In this document: piece by piece, positions 30,340-38,852 of the stretch
How the letters are laid out: the number at the start of each line of letters is the position of its first letter
How positions within the stretch are numbered: position 1 is the first letter of the stretch
IMG/VR virus record: IMGVR_UViG_3300028833_000075
Span: 86,579 to 150,578 of that record
Reading direction: 5' to 3' (one strand)
Source: a virus
Lineage: Duplodnaviria; Caudoviricetes
DNA: 64,000 nt
The notes under the pieces: generated by a model
The model's database searches: none
Told to the model about the DNA's origin: nothing
What the model saw: the letters and a program-made list of their open reading frames with translations, nothing else
Translations under genes and position numbers: made by a program

Positions 30340-30736
30340 ATTGTTTAAGACTCTGAAACCGAATCTGACTAAATCATATGAAGCCTACTATCGGGAAAAC
30401 AGAGGGCTTCAGCTTAACTATTCTGATATCTTTTGCAAATTGATCAAAGATGCAGCCAGAACAAACAGGTTTCAGTCGGATGTCTTTTACACACTTAAAG
30501 AAATAGAAAACACTATAGATGAATTTAATCCTGAAAACATACCAGATCCAATTTGGATCGCTTGCAGAAAAGACGGAGTAGATGGAACACGATATATCCT
30601 GTGTACATACGACAATAAAGATACATATGGTTCTATGTCACAAAGGTATTTCTCTCTTTATTCTGTTTCTTTCAGGCAAGAGGACAGTGAATTTGGTTGT
30701 CGCTACTTTGTTGATTTCAACGAGTATTGGGTTTAG
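30326..30736 (+). CDS. hypothetical protein
   Basis: AAGGAG RBS. Confidence 0.6.
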   Translation: MTSTELFKTLKPNLTKSYEAYYRENRGLQLNYSDIFCKLIKDAARTNRFQSDVFYTLKEIENTIDEFNPENIPDPIWIACRKDGVDGTRYILCTYDNKDTYGSMSQRYFSLYSVSFRQEDSEFGCRYFVDFNEYWV

Positions 30737-30744
30737 GAGGAATC

Positions 30745-31239
30745 ATGAAACATATCATTTGGACTAATGACCTGAATTATGATGACTGGCGCGACGATCT
30801 TGAATCAGAATATCCGGAACTGACAGAAGAACAGCGAATTAATCTGATGTATGAAATAAACAATGATTATTTTAACGATGAGCAGGTTAATCTGAATAAA
30901 GATCTTAAAGGTGAAATTATTGCTTATGGAACACTGGGGCTCTGGGACGGAACAAGAACCGGATATAAGATTATTAAAGAAAGAAACCTGAACGCAATAA
31001 TGGAGGGCCATTTCTGTGATTGTCTCACATGGTATGTAGAAGGCGAAGAAGTAAAATGCGACGATGTACATCACGATGGAACAAACCATTATACATATCG
31101 CATGTTGACAATTGATTCCTATGATTTCGAAGAATACGCATGGGAACATACACTTCATGAGGCAATTGAAAAATACACAGAACCACTTGGTCATTATGTC
31201 GCAGAAATCTATGGGTTTCAACTGGAGGAAAAAGTATGA
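30745..31239 (+). CDS. hypothetical phage protein
   Basis: LGLWDG and HHDGTN motifs; AGGAGG RBS. Confidence 0.65.
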   Translation: MKHIIWTNDLNYDDWRDDLESEYPELTEEQRINLMYEINNDYFNDEQVNLNKDLKGEIIAYGTLGLWDGTRTGYKIIKERNLNAIMEGHFCDCLTWYVEGEEVKCDDVHHDGTNHYTYRMLTIDSYDFEEYAWEHTLHEAIEKYTEPLGHYVAEIYGFQLEEKV

Positions 31240-31700
31240 CTGAAAAAGTTTACGGATATAAAGAATTCCCTGATAAAATTGATATTACCGATCCATGCTA
31301 TGATCGAAATGTGTGGTGCCGGATTAACAACTTCCAGATTCCAGCCGGTGAATATGAGTGCTACGCACAAGTGCTCAATGACGAAGAAACTAACGGATGG
31401 GGAGAACGCGTCTCTCGTATCGGTATTCGAACTGAAAAAGCAGATCACTTTGAAAGAAAAGGATCAATCGGTGTAGATGCTGGTATGGCTGGTTTCTTCA
31501 TCGATAAACCAGATTATACTGATAATGAATGGGCAAACTTCTGCAGCAAAATAGATTTTAAAGAGAAGGTCTACATGTTTGACGAAGGATTCTTTTCTGA
31601 GTCTGGTTATGGTGATGGCGGATACGACGTATATGTTGGGTATAAAGATGGAAAGCTGACAGAAGTTTACATTGAATTTATCGGAGAAGACAATGTGTAA
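31236..31700 (+). CDS. DUF4241-like protein
   Basis: ITDPCY, IGVDAGMAGF, SGYGDGGY. Confidence 0.7.
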   Translation: MTEKVYGYKEFPDKIDITDPCYDRNVWCRINNFQIPAGEYECYAQVLNDEETNGWGERVSRIGIRTEKADHFERKGSIGVDAGMAGFFIDKPDYTDNEWANFCSKIDFKEKVYMFDEGFFSESGYGDGGYDVYVGYKDGKLTEVYIEFIGEDNV

Positions 31701-31968
31701 AGAAAGAATTAATCCTGTCTTTGACAACTTTGTTATGCTTTCACCTAAACAGGTTGAATTGGCAATTTATATCCGGCAATACCGAAGGATTCATGAACTG
31801 AGTCAGCGGGATATGGCAAAAGTCTGTTCGCTGTACGGCGAAAAGAAGGGAATAAAGTTTGCTCAGACGGAAATTGCCTGCTATGAAAACTATAAAACAA
31901 TTCCCACACCGGCCAAATTTGAAATATTAATGAATACAATGAATATTACGGCAGACATGCTAATGTAA
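31693..31968 (+). CDS. XRE-family HTH regulator
   Basis: LSQRDMA...IACYEN..TIP. Confidence 0.7.
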   Translation: MCKERINPVFDNFVMLSPKQVELAIYIRQYRRIHELSQRDMAKVCSLYGEKKGIKFAQTEIACYENYKTIPTPAKFEILMNTMNITADMLM

Positions 31969-31978
31969 GGAGACAACA

Positions 31979-32653
31979 ATGAATAACAAGGAGTTTAACG
32001 ATAAGCTTCGGGATCTTTTTGCAGAATATATCTCCGGAGGGAAGGACAATGAGTTTATTGCAATCCTCAGGAATTTTCTTGGAATGCTGATTGCAGACGA
32101 AAAAGCAGCTGAAAAAGCCGAACGAAAGGCTCGTCGCAATGCTGCTCAGGTGATTAAAGATGCAATGAGTGTTGATGAGAAGATCCAGTTCGTCAACACC
32201 CCATATAACGATCTTCCTGAAGAATTAAAAGAAGGAATGACAAAGAATCCTCAGATGTTTAACTTTATCCGCATGTCTAAACCGCACGTAGGAGAACAGA
32301 AAGAAACATTTGCAGCACGACTGATCCGCTACAAGGATAAGTACGGTCTGACAGATGAGACATTTGCTGATATTTGCAATGAATTTGCGGCGAAATATGA
32401 CTTGAAAGCAACTTCCACACATAAAGCGCAGAGGACACGAATTTCAACAAGGAATCTGGAATCTTATGAAAACTACAATATCTGTCCTAAGATTGATAAG
32501 ATGACAGTTATTGCAGAAGCTATGGGAGTCGGGATTGATTACTTTGGAGGATACGGCCCCAAGAACAGGAAGTCAAAGAATGAAATCTTGGAGGCAAAAT
32601 ACAGGAAGCGCCGCAATAATAAATCAACAGACCCGGACAGCGATCTCGCATGA
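31979..32653 (+). CDS. HTH-containing regulator
   Basis: C-terminal XRE-like YENYNICPKIDKMTVIAEAMGVGIDYF. Confidence 0.65.
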   Translation: MNNKEFNDKLRDLFAEYISGGKDNEFIAILRNFLGMLIADEKAAEKAERKARRNAAQVIKDAMSVDEKIQFVNTPYNDLPEELKEGMTKNPQMFNFIRMSKPHVGEQKETFAARLIRYKDKYGLTDETFADICNEFAAKYDLKATSTHKAQRTRISTRNLESYENYNICPKIDKMTVIAEAMGVGIDYFGGYGPKNRKSKNEILEAKYRKRRNNKSTDPDSDLA

Positions 32654-32973
32654 TTTATGAACAGTTTTTGGCCCAATTTACAGATTGGAGACCAACAACT
32701 TTATACTGGCAGCGCTTTAGTATTGCAGAAAAGTTCGGGAAAGAAGAAATTTTGCTTGTCTATGCGGAAGTTTTTAAAGAAGCAGAAAACAATTACAAAT
32801 TGCTTACTGAACTCGTTATGATTCTTAATCATAAAACCTGGGAACATAGTGAATATATAAGGAATTCGAACTTTTCTTCTTTGTATTCAGATTTATATCA
32901 TCAGACGAAAGAATATGCTGAAAATACTCTAAAAGAAGATGAACTTCAATACTTTATTGACGTCCTTGATTAG
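32650..32973 (+). CDS. hypothetical phage protein
   Basis: TT.YW..FSIAE.FG...LTELVMILNHK.WEH. Confidence 0.65.
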   Translation: MIYEQFLAQFTDWRPTTLYWQRFSIAEKFGKEEILLVYAEVFKEAENNYKLLTELVMILNHKTWEHSEYIRNSNFSSLYSDLYHQTKEYAENTLKEDELQYFIDVLD

Positions 32974-33120
32974 CCACGCTTACGCGTGGTTTGAACATTG
33001 GGTTTTCGCTTAATTCCGAAACTCGACCCTATCATTTTTTAAATTTTAATCAGAAGAAATGTAAATCAAAAGTAATATTTTACACAAAAAAGAAAGATTA
33101 TTTAAGGAGAGATTATCTCA

Positions 33121-33504
33121 ATGAACGGACTTAATGAACTCACTATTATCGGAAATGTTGTACGTGACGCTGAACTGAAGAATGTTGATGTGGAAGGAAC
33201 ACCGACTCCTCGATGCCGCTTCTCTGTTGCGGTTAACGAAACACGCGGAAACGGAGAAGATATTGTTACTTATTTCGATATTACAGCTTGGCGGGATTAT
33301 GCAACAAAGATTGCGCCGTGGGTCCTGAAAGGACGCCTGGTTTATGTTAAGGGTTCTGTGCGGCTGAATCAGTATGTTTCCAACGGTACCGTACGGAGTT
33401 CTCTGCAGATTCATGACCCAAAGGTTATCTGGCTTGATAAGAAACCCACGGTTGACGTCAGCTCAATTGAAGAGTTTGACGACGACGAGCTTCCGTTCGG
33501 TTAA
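33121..33504 (+). CDS. ssb: single-stranded DNA-binding protein (2 of 3)
   Basis: IIGNVVRD, FSVAVN, KGRLVYVKG, tail DDDELPF. Confidence 0.9.
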   Translation: MNGLNELTIIGNVVRDAELKNVDVEGTPTPRCRFSVAVNETRGNGEDIVTYFDITAWRDYATKIAPWVLKGRLVYVKGSVRLNQYVSNGTVRSSLQIHDPKVIWLDKKPTVDVSSIEEFDDDELPFG

Positions 33505-33576
33505 TTAAATATCGCACGCTCCGGTATGTCGGAGCGTGTTTCTTATAGATATTTTATTGAAAGAAGGTTGAATCCC

Positions 33577-33795
33577 ATGTGCAAGGTGACTCTGTCTGAT
33601 GAGGATGGGCTGTTTAAAATTTGCCTTGTTTCAAATGAAACCCCATACCAAATTTTAAAGTATTACAATATTAACCCTGATACAAAAATTGTTTATTTGA
33701 ATGGAGAAATTCTTTCAAAAGAAAGAATGAGGAAAGTAATTCTAGAAAACAATTCTGTGCATCTTACGGTTAGAAATAAAACAGTAATGCGATAA
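33577..33795 (+). CDS. small beta-grasp (ThiS/MoaD/Ubl-like) protein without C-terminal Gly
   Basis: ETPYQILKYYNI...IVYLNGEIL...VHLTV pattern parallels the Ubl domain of the next gene. Confidence 0.5.
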   Translation: MCKVTLSDEDGLFKICLVSNETPYQILKYYNINPDTKIVYLNGEILSKERMRKVILENNSVHLTVRNKTVMR

Positions 33796-33850
33796 TAAAA
33801 CATGTCTATAAAGCTTCGGCTTTTAGAAAATAATTTATAGGAGAGATTGT

Positions 33851-34462
33851 ATGGTTAAGATTACTTTGATTACCAGTAACCCTAAGGTAGTTGACATTGT
33901 GCCCGAGACAATGACCGTTCGTGATTTTCTGGATAAGCATAATGTGAACTATGGATTGGCATCTACTTCCATTGATGGTGTACCTCTGCAGTCCGGTGGT
34001 ATGGATATGACTTTTGCCGAATATCAGATTACAGACCGGGCTATTGTGACCTGCCTGCCGAACAAGGACAACGGAGCGCAGGCCATTGTGGTTGGTTCTT
34101 CCTGTGTTGTGAAGTCCACTCTGACCCCGGCAGAAATTAAGCGAATTAAGAAGTTCCATCCCGAAGCTTTGGTAATGGAAAATGAAGACGGAGATCCGGT
34201 ATTTGCTATCGATATCGATGAAACCACTCCTGGTTCTATTAACGGGAATGGTGCCTGTTTCGGCAATGCAACAAGTACCGATGGTAAGGCAACTATTACG
34301 GTTGTTATTGATCCTGCCGCTGAAAACACTATTGAGCTGGTTTACGAAAGGCTGGGCCGTGCTCTGATGTATCTGAAGGAAATGGAAGAGCAGCTTGCTG
34401 AAGTTTTACCGGATTTGGACAGCGAAGAACGTGAAATCCGTTCCATGATTGTTGGTATGTAA
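33851..34462 (+). CDS. ubiquitin-like (beta-grasp) domain protein with C-terminal extension
   Basis: aa1-75 MVKITL..MTVRDFL..SIDGVPL..DMTFAEYQI..IVTCLPNKDNG; lies in an E2/JAB/E1 operon; high-expression codon bias. Confidence 0.65.
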   Translation: MVKITLITSNPKVVDIVPETMTVRDFLDKHNVNYGLASTSIDGVPLQSGGMDMTFAEYQITDRAIVTCLPNKDNGAQAIVVGSSCVVKSTLTPAEIKRIKKFHPEALVMENEDGDPVFAIDIDETTPGSINGNGACFGNATSTDGKATITVVIDPAAENTIELVYERLGRALMYLKEMEEQLAEVLPDLDSEEREIRSMIVGM

Positions 34463-34516
34463 CCTTCGGAGAGGGAGAGATTCTTCCTCTCCCTCTCTAT
34501 TTTACGGAGGTAAAAC

Positions 34517-35881
34517 ATGTTCAATACACACTTAAATTGTATTGCAGAATTTCCTGCATTTTTAAGAGACAAGATTTATGTAAATAATAATGTAGCCCCG
34601 GATGACACGCTGCTGATGACAGCAACTGCGTTGTTGTATCAGAGAGTTGAAAATCTGAAATTAACTTTTGAAGTATTTAATAACAAAGAAGTAGAAAATA
34701 TCAATCTAAACCCGGAAGTATATTCATTTCATTGGTTTAATAATGTTGGAAATCCAGATGAGCTGTTAAATTTAGTAAAGAATAATTTTACTTCAATAGA
34801 AAAACTTTCAACTCATGAAAAGTTTCTGTCTGAGCAACTGAAAATGCCAATATTTATTCGCTTAATGCCAGCTGAAAATACTGTCTGTATTTTCACTTCA
34901 GAAATGTCTTATAAAGCGTGGCACAGTTTTCAGTTCTTTATTCCAAAATACTTCAGGATTTTCAAAGAAAAACCACTTAACAAAGAAGAAATTTCTTTTC
35001 TCGAAACCTTGACGTTCAAAACAAGTTCTTTGTATGAAGCGAGGTTGAGAGAATTATTAGATACGGATTCTTTCAGAAAATATATTTTAAAAGATCGATT
35101 GGAACAGTTTGAAAGAAAGCTGTTTGAAGCTAAAGTTCAAGCTGCCAAAAACAATCTTGCAAGCCTTGAAAATGAAATGAACGCGGCCATGGAAGCTTAT
35201 AGAAAAGCTTGCGAGAAAAGAATTGAAGCTATTGCGCTTGTATCAGGTCTGCAATCTATGGCAGATCAGACGGAAGAACACACTGAATTGCAGGATTACC
35301 TGTTAAATAATCAAAGGCTTTGCAATGTAACACTAGATAATTCCACGATTTCATACATTGTGAAAACATATCTGGCCCCACACCATATAGGCGAATGGGA
35401 AATGATAACAAAACACATTCAGTATTTTGATCAGTATCTTACAAGCAAATTTACACGCACAGAGATAAAGCTTCTGCTTGATGCGATCTTCTCGGAAAAC
35501 CGCTGCCTAAAAGTAAAAATGTGTGCCTATTTCTCTTTGGATTACTTTGGAAGCAAGGTTACATCAGCATATAAATATAATTTTGCTAATGTAAACAAAA
35601 CACTGATGAACTATATTCCAAACCCTCATTTGCACTATCATAATTGCTTTGGGCAGAATAAGGAAGCAATATTGGAACAGCTAAAATGCGGCGATGCAAT
35701 CGGAGCGATCGAGTGCTCTGTGGCTTGCGCTCAAAGGGTTAACATTCACGAAAATCTGAGCTTTGGACCTTTTGTGCGGGACTTGTTATCATGTTCCGGC
35801 AAATGTCTTGTAACGGAAGATGGAACTGAATTAACGCCAGAGGAAGCTGTTGCATATCTGAAAGGACAAGATAATGAATAA
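34517..35881 (+). CDS. coiled-coil protein with C-terminal E2-like (UBC-fold) domain
   Basis: central coiled coil (aa ~195-250); PNPHLHYHNCFG resembles the prokaryotic E2 PH...C(L/F)G active site; context. Confidence 0.55.
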   Translation: MFNTHLNCIAEFPAFLRDKIYVNNNVAPDDTLLMTATALLYQRVENLKLTFEVFNNKEVENINLNPEVYSFHWFNNVGNPDELLNLVKNNFTSIEKLSTHEKFLSEQLKMPIFIRLMPAENTVCIFTSEMSYKAWHSFQFFIPKYFRIFKEKPLNKEEISFLETLTFKTSSLYEARLRELLDTDSFRKYILKDRLEQFERKLFEAKVQAAKNNLASLENEMNAAMEAYRKACEKRIEAIALVSGLQSMADQTEEHTELQDYLLNNQRLCNVTLDNSTISYIVKTYLAPHHIGEWEMITKHIQYFDQYLTSKFTRTEIKLLLDAIFSENRCLKVKMCAYFSLDYFGSKVTSAYKYNFANVNKTLMNYIPNPHLHYHNCFGQNKEAILEQLKCGDAIGAIECSVACAQRVNIHENLSFGPFVRDLLSCSGKCLVTEDGTELTPEEAVAYLKGQDNE

Positions 35882-36461
35882 TGAAATTGTATTGAAAGAC
35901 TGGCAAACTCACTGTGGGTTCGCCAGTCCACAAAGTAATATAAACATTTACTATTCACCTTTGGCTATTACAAAAACAATTATGCTTGTAAATACCCATC
36001 CTGAAGAAATTGGTTGGAATATGGTAGTAAAGCCTTATAAAGACGGGTATAAAGTTGAGGATATCGTAGTATATCCCCAAAAAGTAAGTCCGGCATATGT
36101 TTCAGTTGACCTTCCAAGGTATGGATTGTGGAAAGCAAACCTTGACGACGAAGTAGAAGCTAATTTGTTTGGAAACGGACATTCTCATGTTAACATGAGT
36201 ACTTTCGCATCATCCGTCGATGAACGTCAGCAGCATGATGAAATCCTGACAAAGAAAAACGGATTTTATCTTTTCCAGATATGGAACAAAAGAAATGAAA
36301 TAAGCTCATTCTTTTATGATATTGATAATAAAATTTTCTATCGACCGGAAAATGTTAACATAATCGTAGAAGAAGCAAATGAGTTTATTATAAACTCTTT
36401 TGAAATCGTACAAGGAAGACATAATCGGATCAACGCTTATGAGGCAGGTGAAGATTTTTGA
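35874..36461 (+). CDS. JAB/MPN metalloprotease (DUB-like)
   Basis: EIGW (catalytic Glu), GHSHVNMSTFASSVD = HxH-x7-S-x2-D. Confidence 0.85.
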   Translation: MNNEIVLKDWQTHCGFASPQSNINIYYSPLAITKTIMLVNTHPEEIGWNMVVKPYKDGYKVEDIVVYPQKVSPAYVSVDLPRYGLWKANLDDEVEANLFGNGHSHVNMSTFASSVDERQQHDEILTKKNGFYLFQIWNKRNEISSFFYDIDNKIFYRPENVNIIVEEANEFIINSFEIVQGRHNRINAYEAGEDF

Positions 36462-37126
36462 ATCTAAGTAAATCTTATGAGTTTTTTAATCCGGATAAAT
36501 GCAAGGAAATGATCCATATTATTGGTTGTGGATCTGTCGGCTCTACGGTAGCTGAACTTTTGGCAAGATTTGGTTTAACAAAAATCTCGCTATATGACTT
36601 TGATACTGTTGAGCCGCATAATATTGTAAACCAGATGTTTGTTCATCGCCAAATCGGAATGCCGAAGGTAGAAGCTGTACGAGAAATTTTGTTAGATATC
36701 AATCCTGAAATGAATGTTAAGATGTATACCAAAGGATGGAACGGCGAGCCTCTGGATGGATACGTATTTCTTGCAGTAGATAATATTGAACTAAGAGCAA
36801 AAATTGTAAAAGAAAACCTATATAATGATTTTATAAAAGCTTTCTTTGATTTCAGAACCGGACTTACAAATGCTGACCACTTTGCAGCAGATTGGTCCGA
36901 ATTTAAAAGCAGAAAAAATTTTTTAAACACGATGAACTTTACACACGAAGAAGCGAAACAAAATACACCTGTTTCAGCGTGTAATGTAGCTCTGTGTGTA
37001 GCTCCTACAGTAAGAATGGTTTGTAATGTAGGAATAGCAAATTTCATCAATTTTGTAAAAGGAGAACATTTGCATAAGCTGATTCCAATTGATGCATTTA
37101 GTTTCTCTGTCGAACCTGTTGGTTAA
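36458..37126 (+). CDS. ThiF/MoeB-family E1-like adenylating enzyme
   Basis: IIGCGSVGS, DFDTVEPHNIVNQ, KVEA, LAVDN...R, DFRTG, SAC. Confidence 0.92.
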   Translation: MNLSKSYEFFNPDKCKEMIHIIGCGSVGSTVAELLARFGLTKISLYDFDTVEPHNIVNQMFVHRQIGMPKVEAVREILLDINPEMNVKMYTKGWNGEPLDGYVFLAVDNIELRAKIVKENLYNDFIKAFFDFRTGLTNADHFAADWSEFKSRKNFLNTMNFTHEEAKQNTPVSACNVALCVAPTVRMVCNVGIANFINFVKGEHLHKLIPIDAFSFSVEPVG

Positions 37127-37150
37127 TATAGGTTAATCTATATTCCAAAT

Positions 37151-37450
37151 ACTCATGCAATGCATAGTGAGAGAAATCTCGAACTCTTAATGTGATTATG
37201 AGTAGCAATTCGCCTGATGAGGGGGTAGGGCTCCTGAAAGAGCTGGAGGCGGCGGACGTCGAAGAAATCCTAGGAAAATGTGGGCAGCGTGATAGAAAAG
37301 TCCTGTAATCTCGGAGGAAATAAGGTAGGCACGAGGGAAAGGTAAAGGGAAGTCAGTTGAAACGCGGTAAACGGTAGATAAAAGGCCTGGATCCTGGGAA
37401 CGTTTCGGTCGTCACTGGAAAGACATATAACGATTTAGATTGCATGGAGT
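37151..37450 (+). ncRNA. retron-like msr/msd ncRNA #1 (upstream of RT)
   Basis: terminal inverted repeats ACTCATGCAAT (37151-61) and ATTGCATGGAGT (37439-50); G37162 right after the 5' repeat; two short stem-loops; purine-rich template ending TTTAG. Confidence 0.7.
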
Positions 37451-37457
37451 GATAAAA

Positions 37458-38588
37458 ATGATTTACATAACAATCAGACAGAAAGAAAAAGAAAAACAAA
37501 TTAGTTGGCTTGATTTAATCAGCGAAGAAGAAATTCCTCTCAGTGATTTCTCTTCGTGCGGCTCTGCCGGAACTGTAACAAGAGCGCTTAATGAGGCAAC
37601 GCCCGAACTGCTTCGCAGAATTAATCCAGAAGAAATGATTAATGTTTTGAAACGGTTTAATACCTCACATGAAAACCTGTTTAAAGCAGACCGTAAAACT
37701 CTGTATCGACATTTCAGCATTCCAAAGAAAACAGGTGGACTGCGGCCTATCGATGCGCCATGTGATGAGCTTCAAAATGCGCTGGATGAACTGAGGATTA
37801 TCTTAACTGAAAAGTTTGGAGTTCTTTATCATACATCGGCCTTTGCATACATTCCGAATAGAAGCACTGTACAGATGGTAAGAAAACATCAGGTAAATGA
37901 ATCAAATTGGTTTTATAAAACAGACGTCAGCGGATTCTTTCCACACACGACACTGAGCTTTACAATGAAGATGCTGTCAATGATCTTTCCTTTAAGTGAG
38001 ATTTGCAAAGTACAGGAAGGATATGCAGAACTGGAAAAAGCTTTAAGTCTTGGTTTCCTAAACGGCGGTCTTCCGCAGGGAACAAAACTGAGTCCGGCGC
38101 TGACGAATATGATTGCTATCCCGATTGATCATCGACTGTTTAATGATCTTGCGCACAAGCGTTTTGTGTATACTCGATATGCAGATGATCTGCATATTTC
38201 ATGTCAGCAGAAATTCGATTCTGAAAAGATGACTAAATACATTGAAAAGGTATTTAAAGAATTTGATGCTCCATGGATTCTGAAGCCCGAGAAAACACAT
38301 TACGGAAGCAGAAAAGGTAAGAATTTTATGCTTGGTGTAGTTCTTAACGCGAACAATGATATTTCGACGGGATGGAGAAATAAGAAGCTTTTCAAAGCAA
38401 TGACAACAAACTTAATTATGGATTGGAAAAATAATAAGTATTGGCCCGCCGATGACGTTCAACAGTACGCAGGGTTATTGTCTTATTATAAAATGGTAGA
38501 GAAAGAATACTTCGATAATCTGGTAGATCACTTTAACAATAAATTCTCTGTAAACCTCAAACAAATTATAAAGGAACTAGTTTCCTAA
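37458..38588 (+). CDS. retron-type reverse transcriptase
   Basis: IPKKTGGLRPIDAP, AFAY, VRKH (NAxxH position), KTDVSGFF, GLPQGT..SP, YTRYADDL, KTH, MLG (VTG position); no maturase or endonuclease domain. Confidence 0.88.
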   Translation: MIYITIRQKEKEKQISWLDLISEEEIPLSDFSSCGSAGTVTRALNEATPELLRRINPEEMINVLKRFNTSHENLFKADRKTLYRHFSIPKKTGGLRPIDAPCDELQNALDELRIILTEKFGVLYHTSAFAYIPNRSTVQMVRKHQVNESNWFYKTDVSGFFPHTTLSFTMKMLSMIFPLSEICKVQEGYAELEKALSLGFLNGGLPQGTKLSPALTNMIAIPIDHRLFNDLAHKRFVYTRYADDLHISCQQKFDSEKMTKYIEKVFKEFDAPWILKPEKTHYGSRKGKNFMLGVVLNANNDISTGWRNKKLFKAMTTNLIMDWKNNKYWPADDVQQYAGLLSYYKMVEKEYFDNLVDHFNNKFSVNLKQIIKELVS

Positions 38589-38598
38589 TTTTACAGTA

Positions 38599-38764
38599 TG
38601 ACATAATGAATTGCATTAAATGCTCAGTGCATGTAATGAACTGATAGGCAACGATACAGTCTATCCAATTGTAATGTTGTACAGCTGCAGAAAATGAAAT
38701 GCTTGATTTTCTGCAGCTGTAAACCTTACAATTGGAATGTCAATAATATATTTAGATCATGTCA
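38599..38764 (+). ncRNA. retron-like msr/msd ncRNA #2 (downstream of RT)
   Basis: inverted repeats TGACATAAT (38599-607) and ATCATGTCA (38756-64); G38608; two short stem-loops; long hairpin 38664-38736; ends TTTAG like ncRNA #1. Confidence 0.7.
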
Positions 38765-38852
38765 GATGTACAATTTGGAAAGAAAACCGTAAAATGGTAA
38801 GCTAAAAAGTGTCAAACATATTGATAATAAACACTTCCGATGATGTCAAATC

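Noticed and set aside
37214-37240. Hammerhead-like core CTGATGA-GGGGG-taggg-CTCCT-GAAA inside ncRNA #1
   Set aside because: Stem II is possible, but I could not build stems I and III around a UH cleavage site in any topology; may be chance, though a cleavage assay would be cheap
37458-38588. RT as a DGR or group II intron RT
   Set aside because: No TR/VR repeat pair or Avd-like gene, no maturase/endonuclease domain or domain V; motifs and flanking inverted repeats fit a retron-type RT
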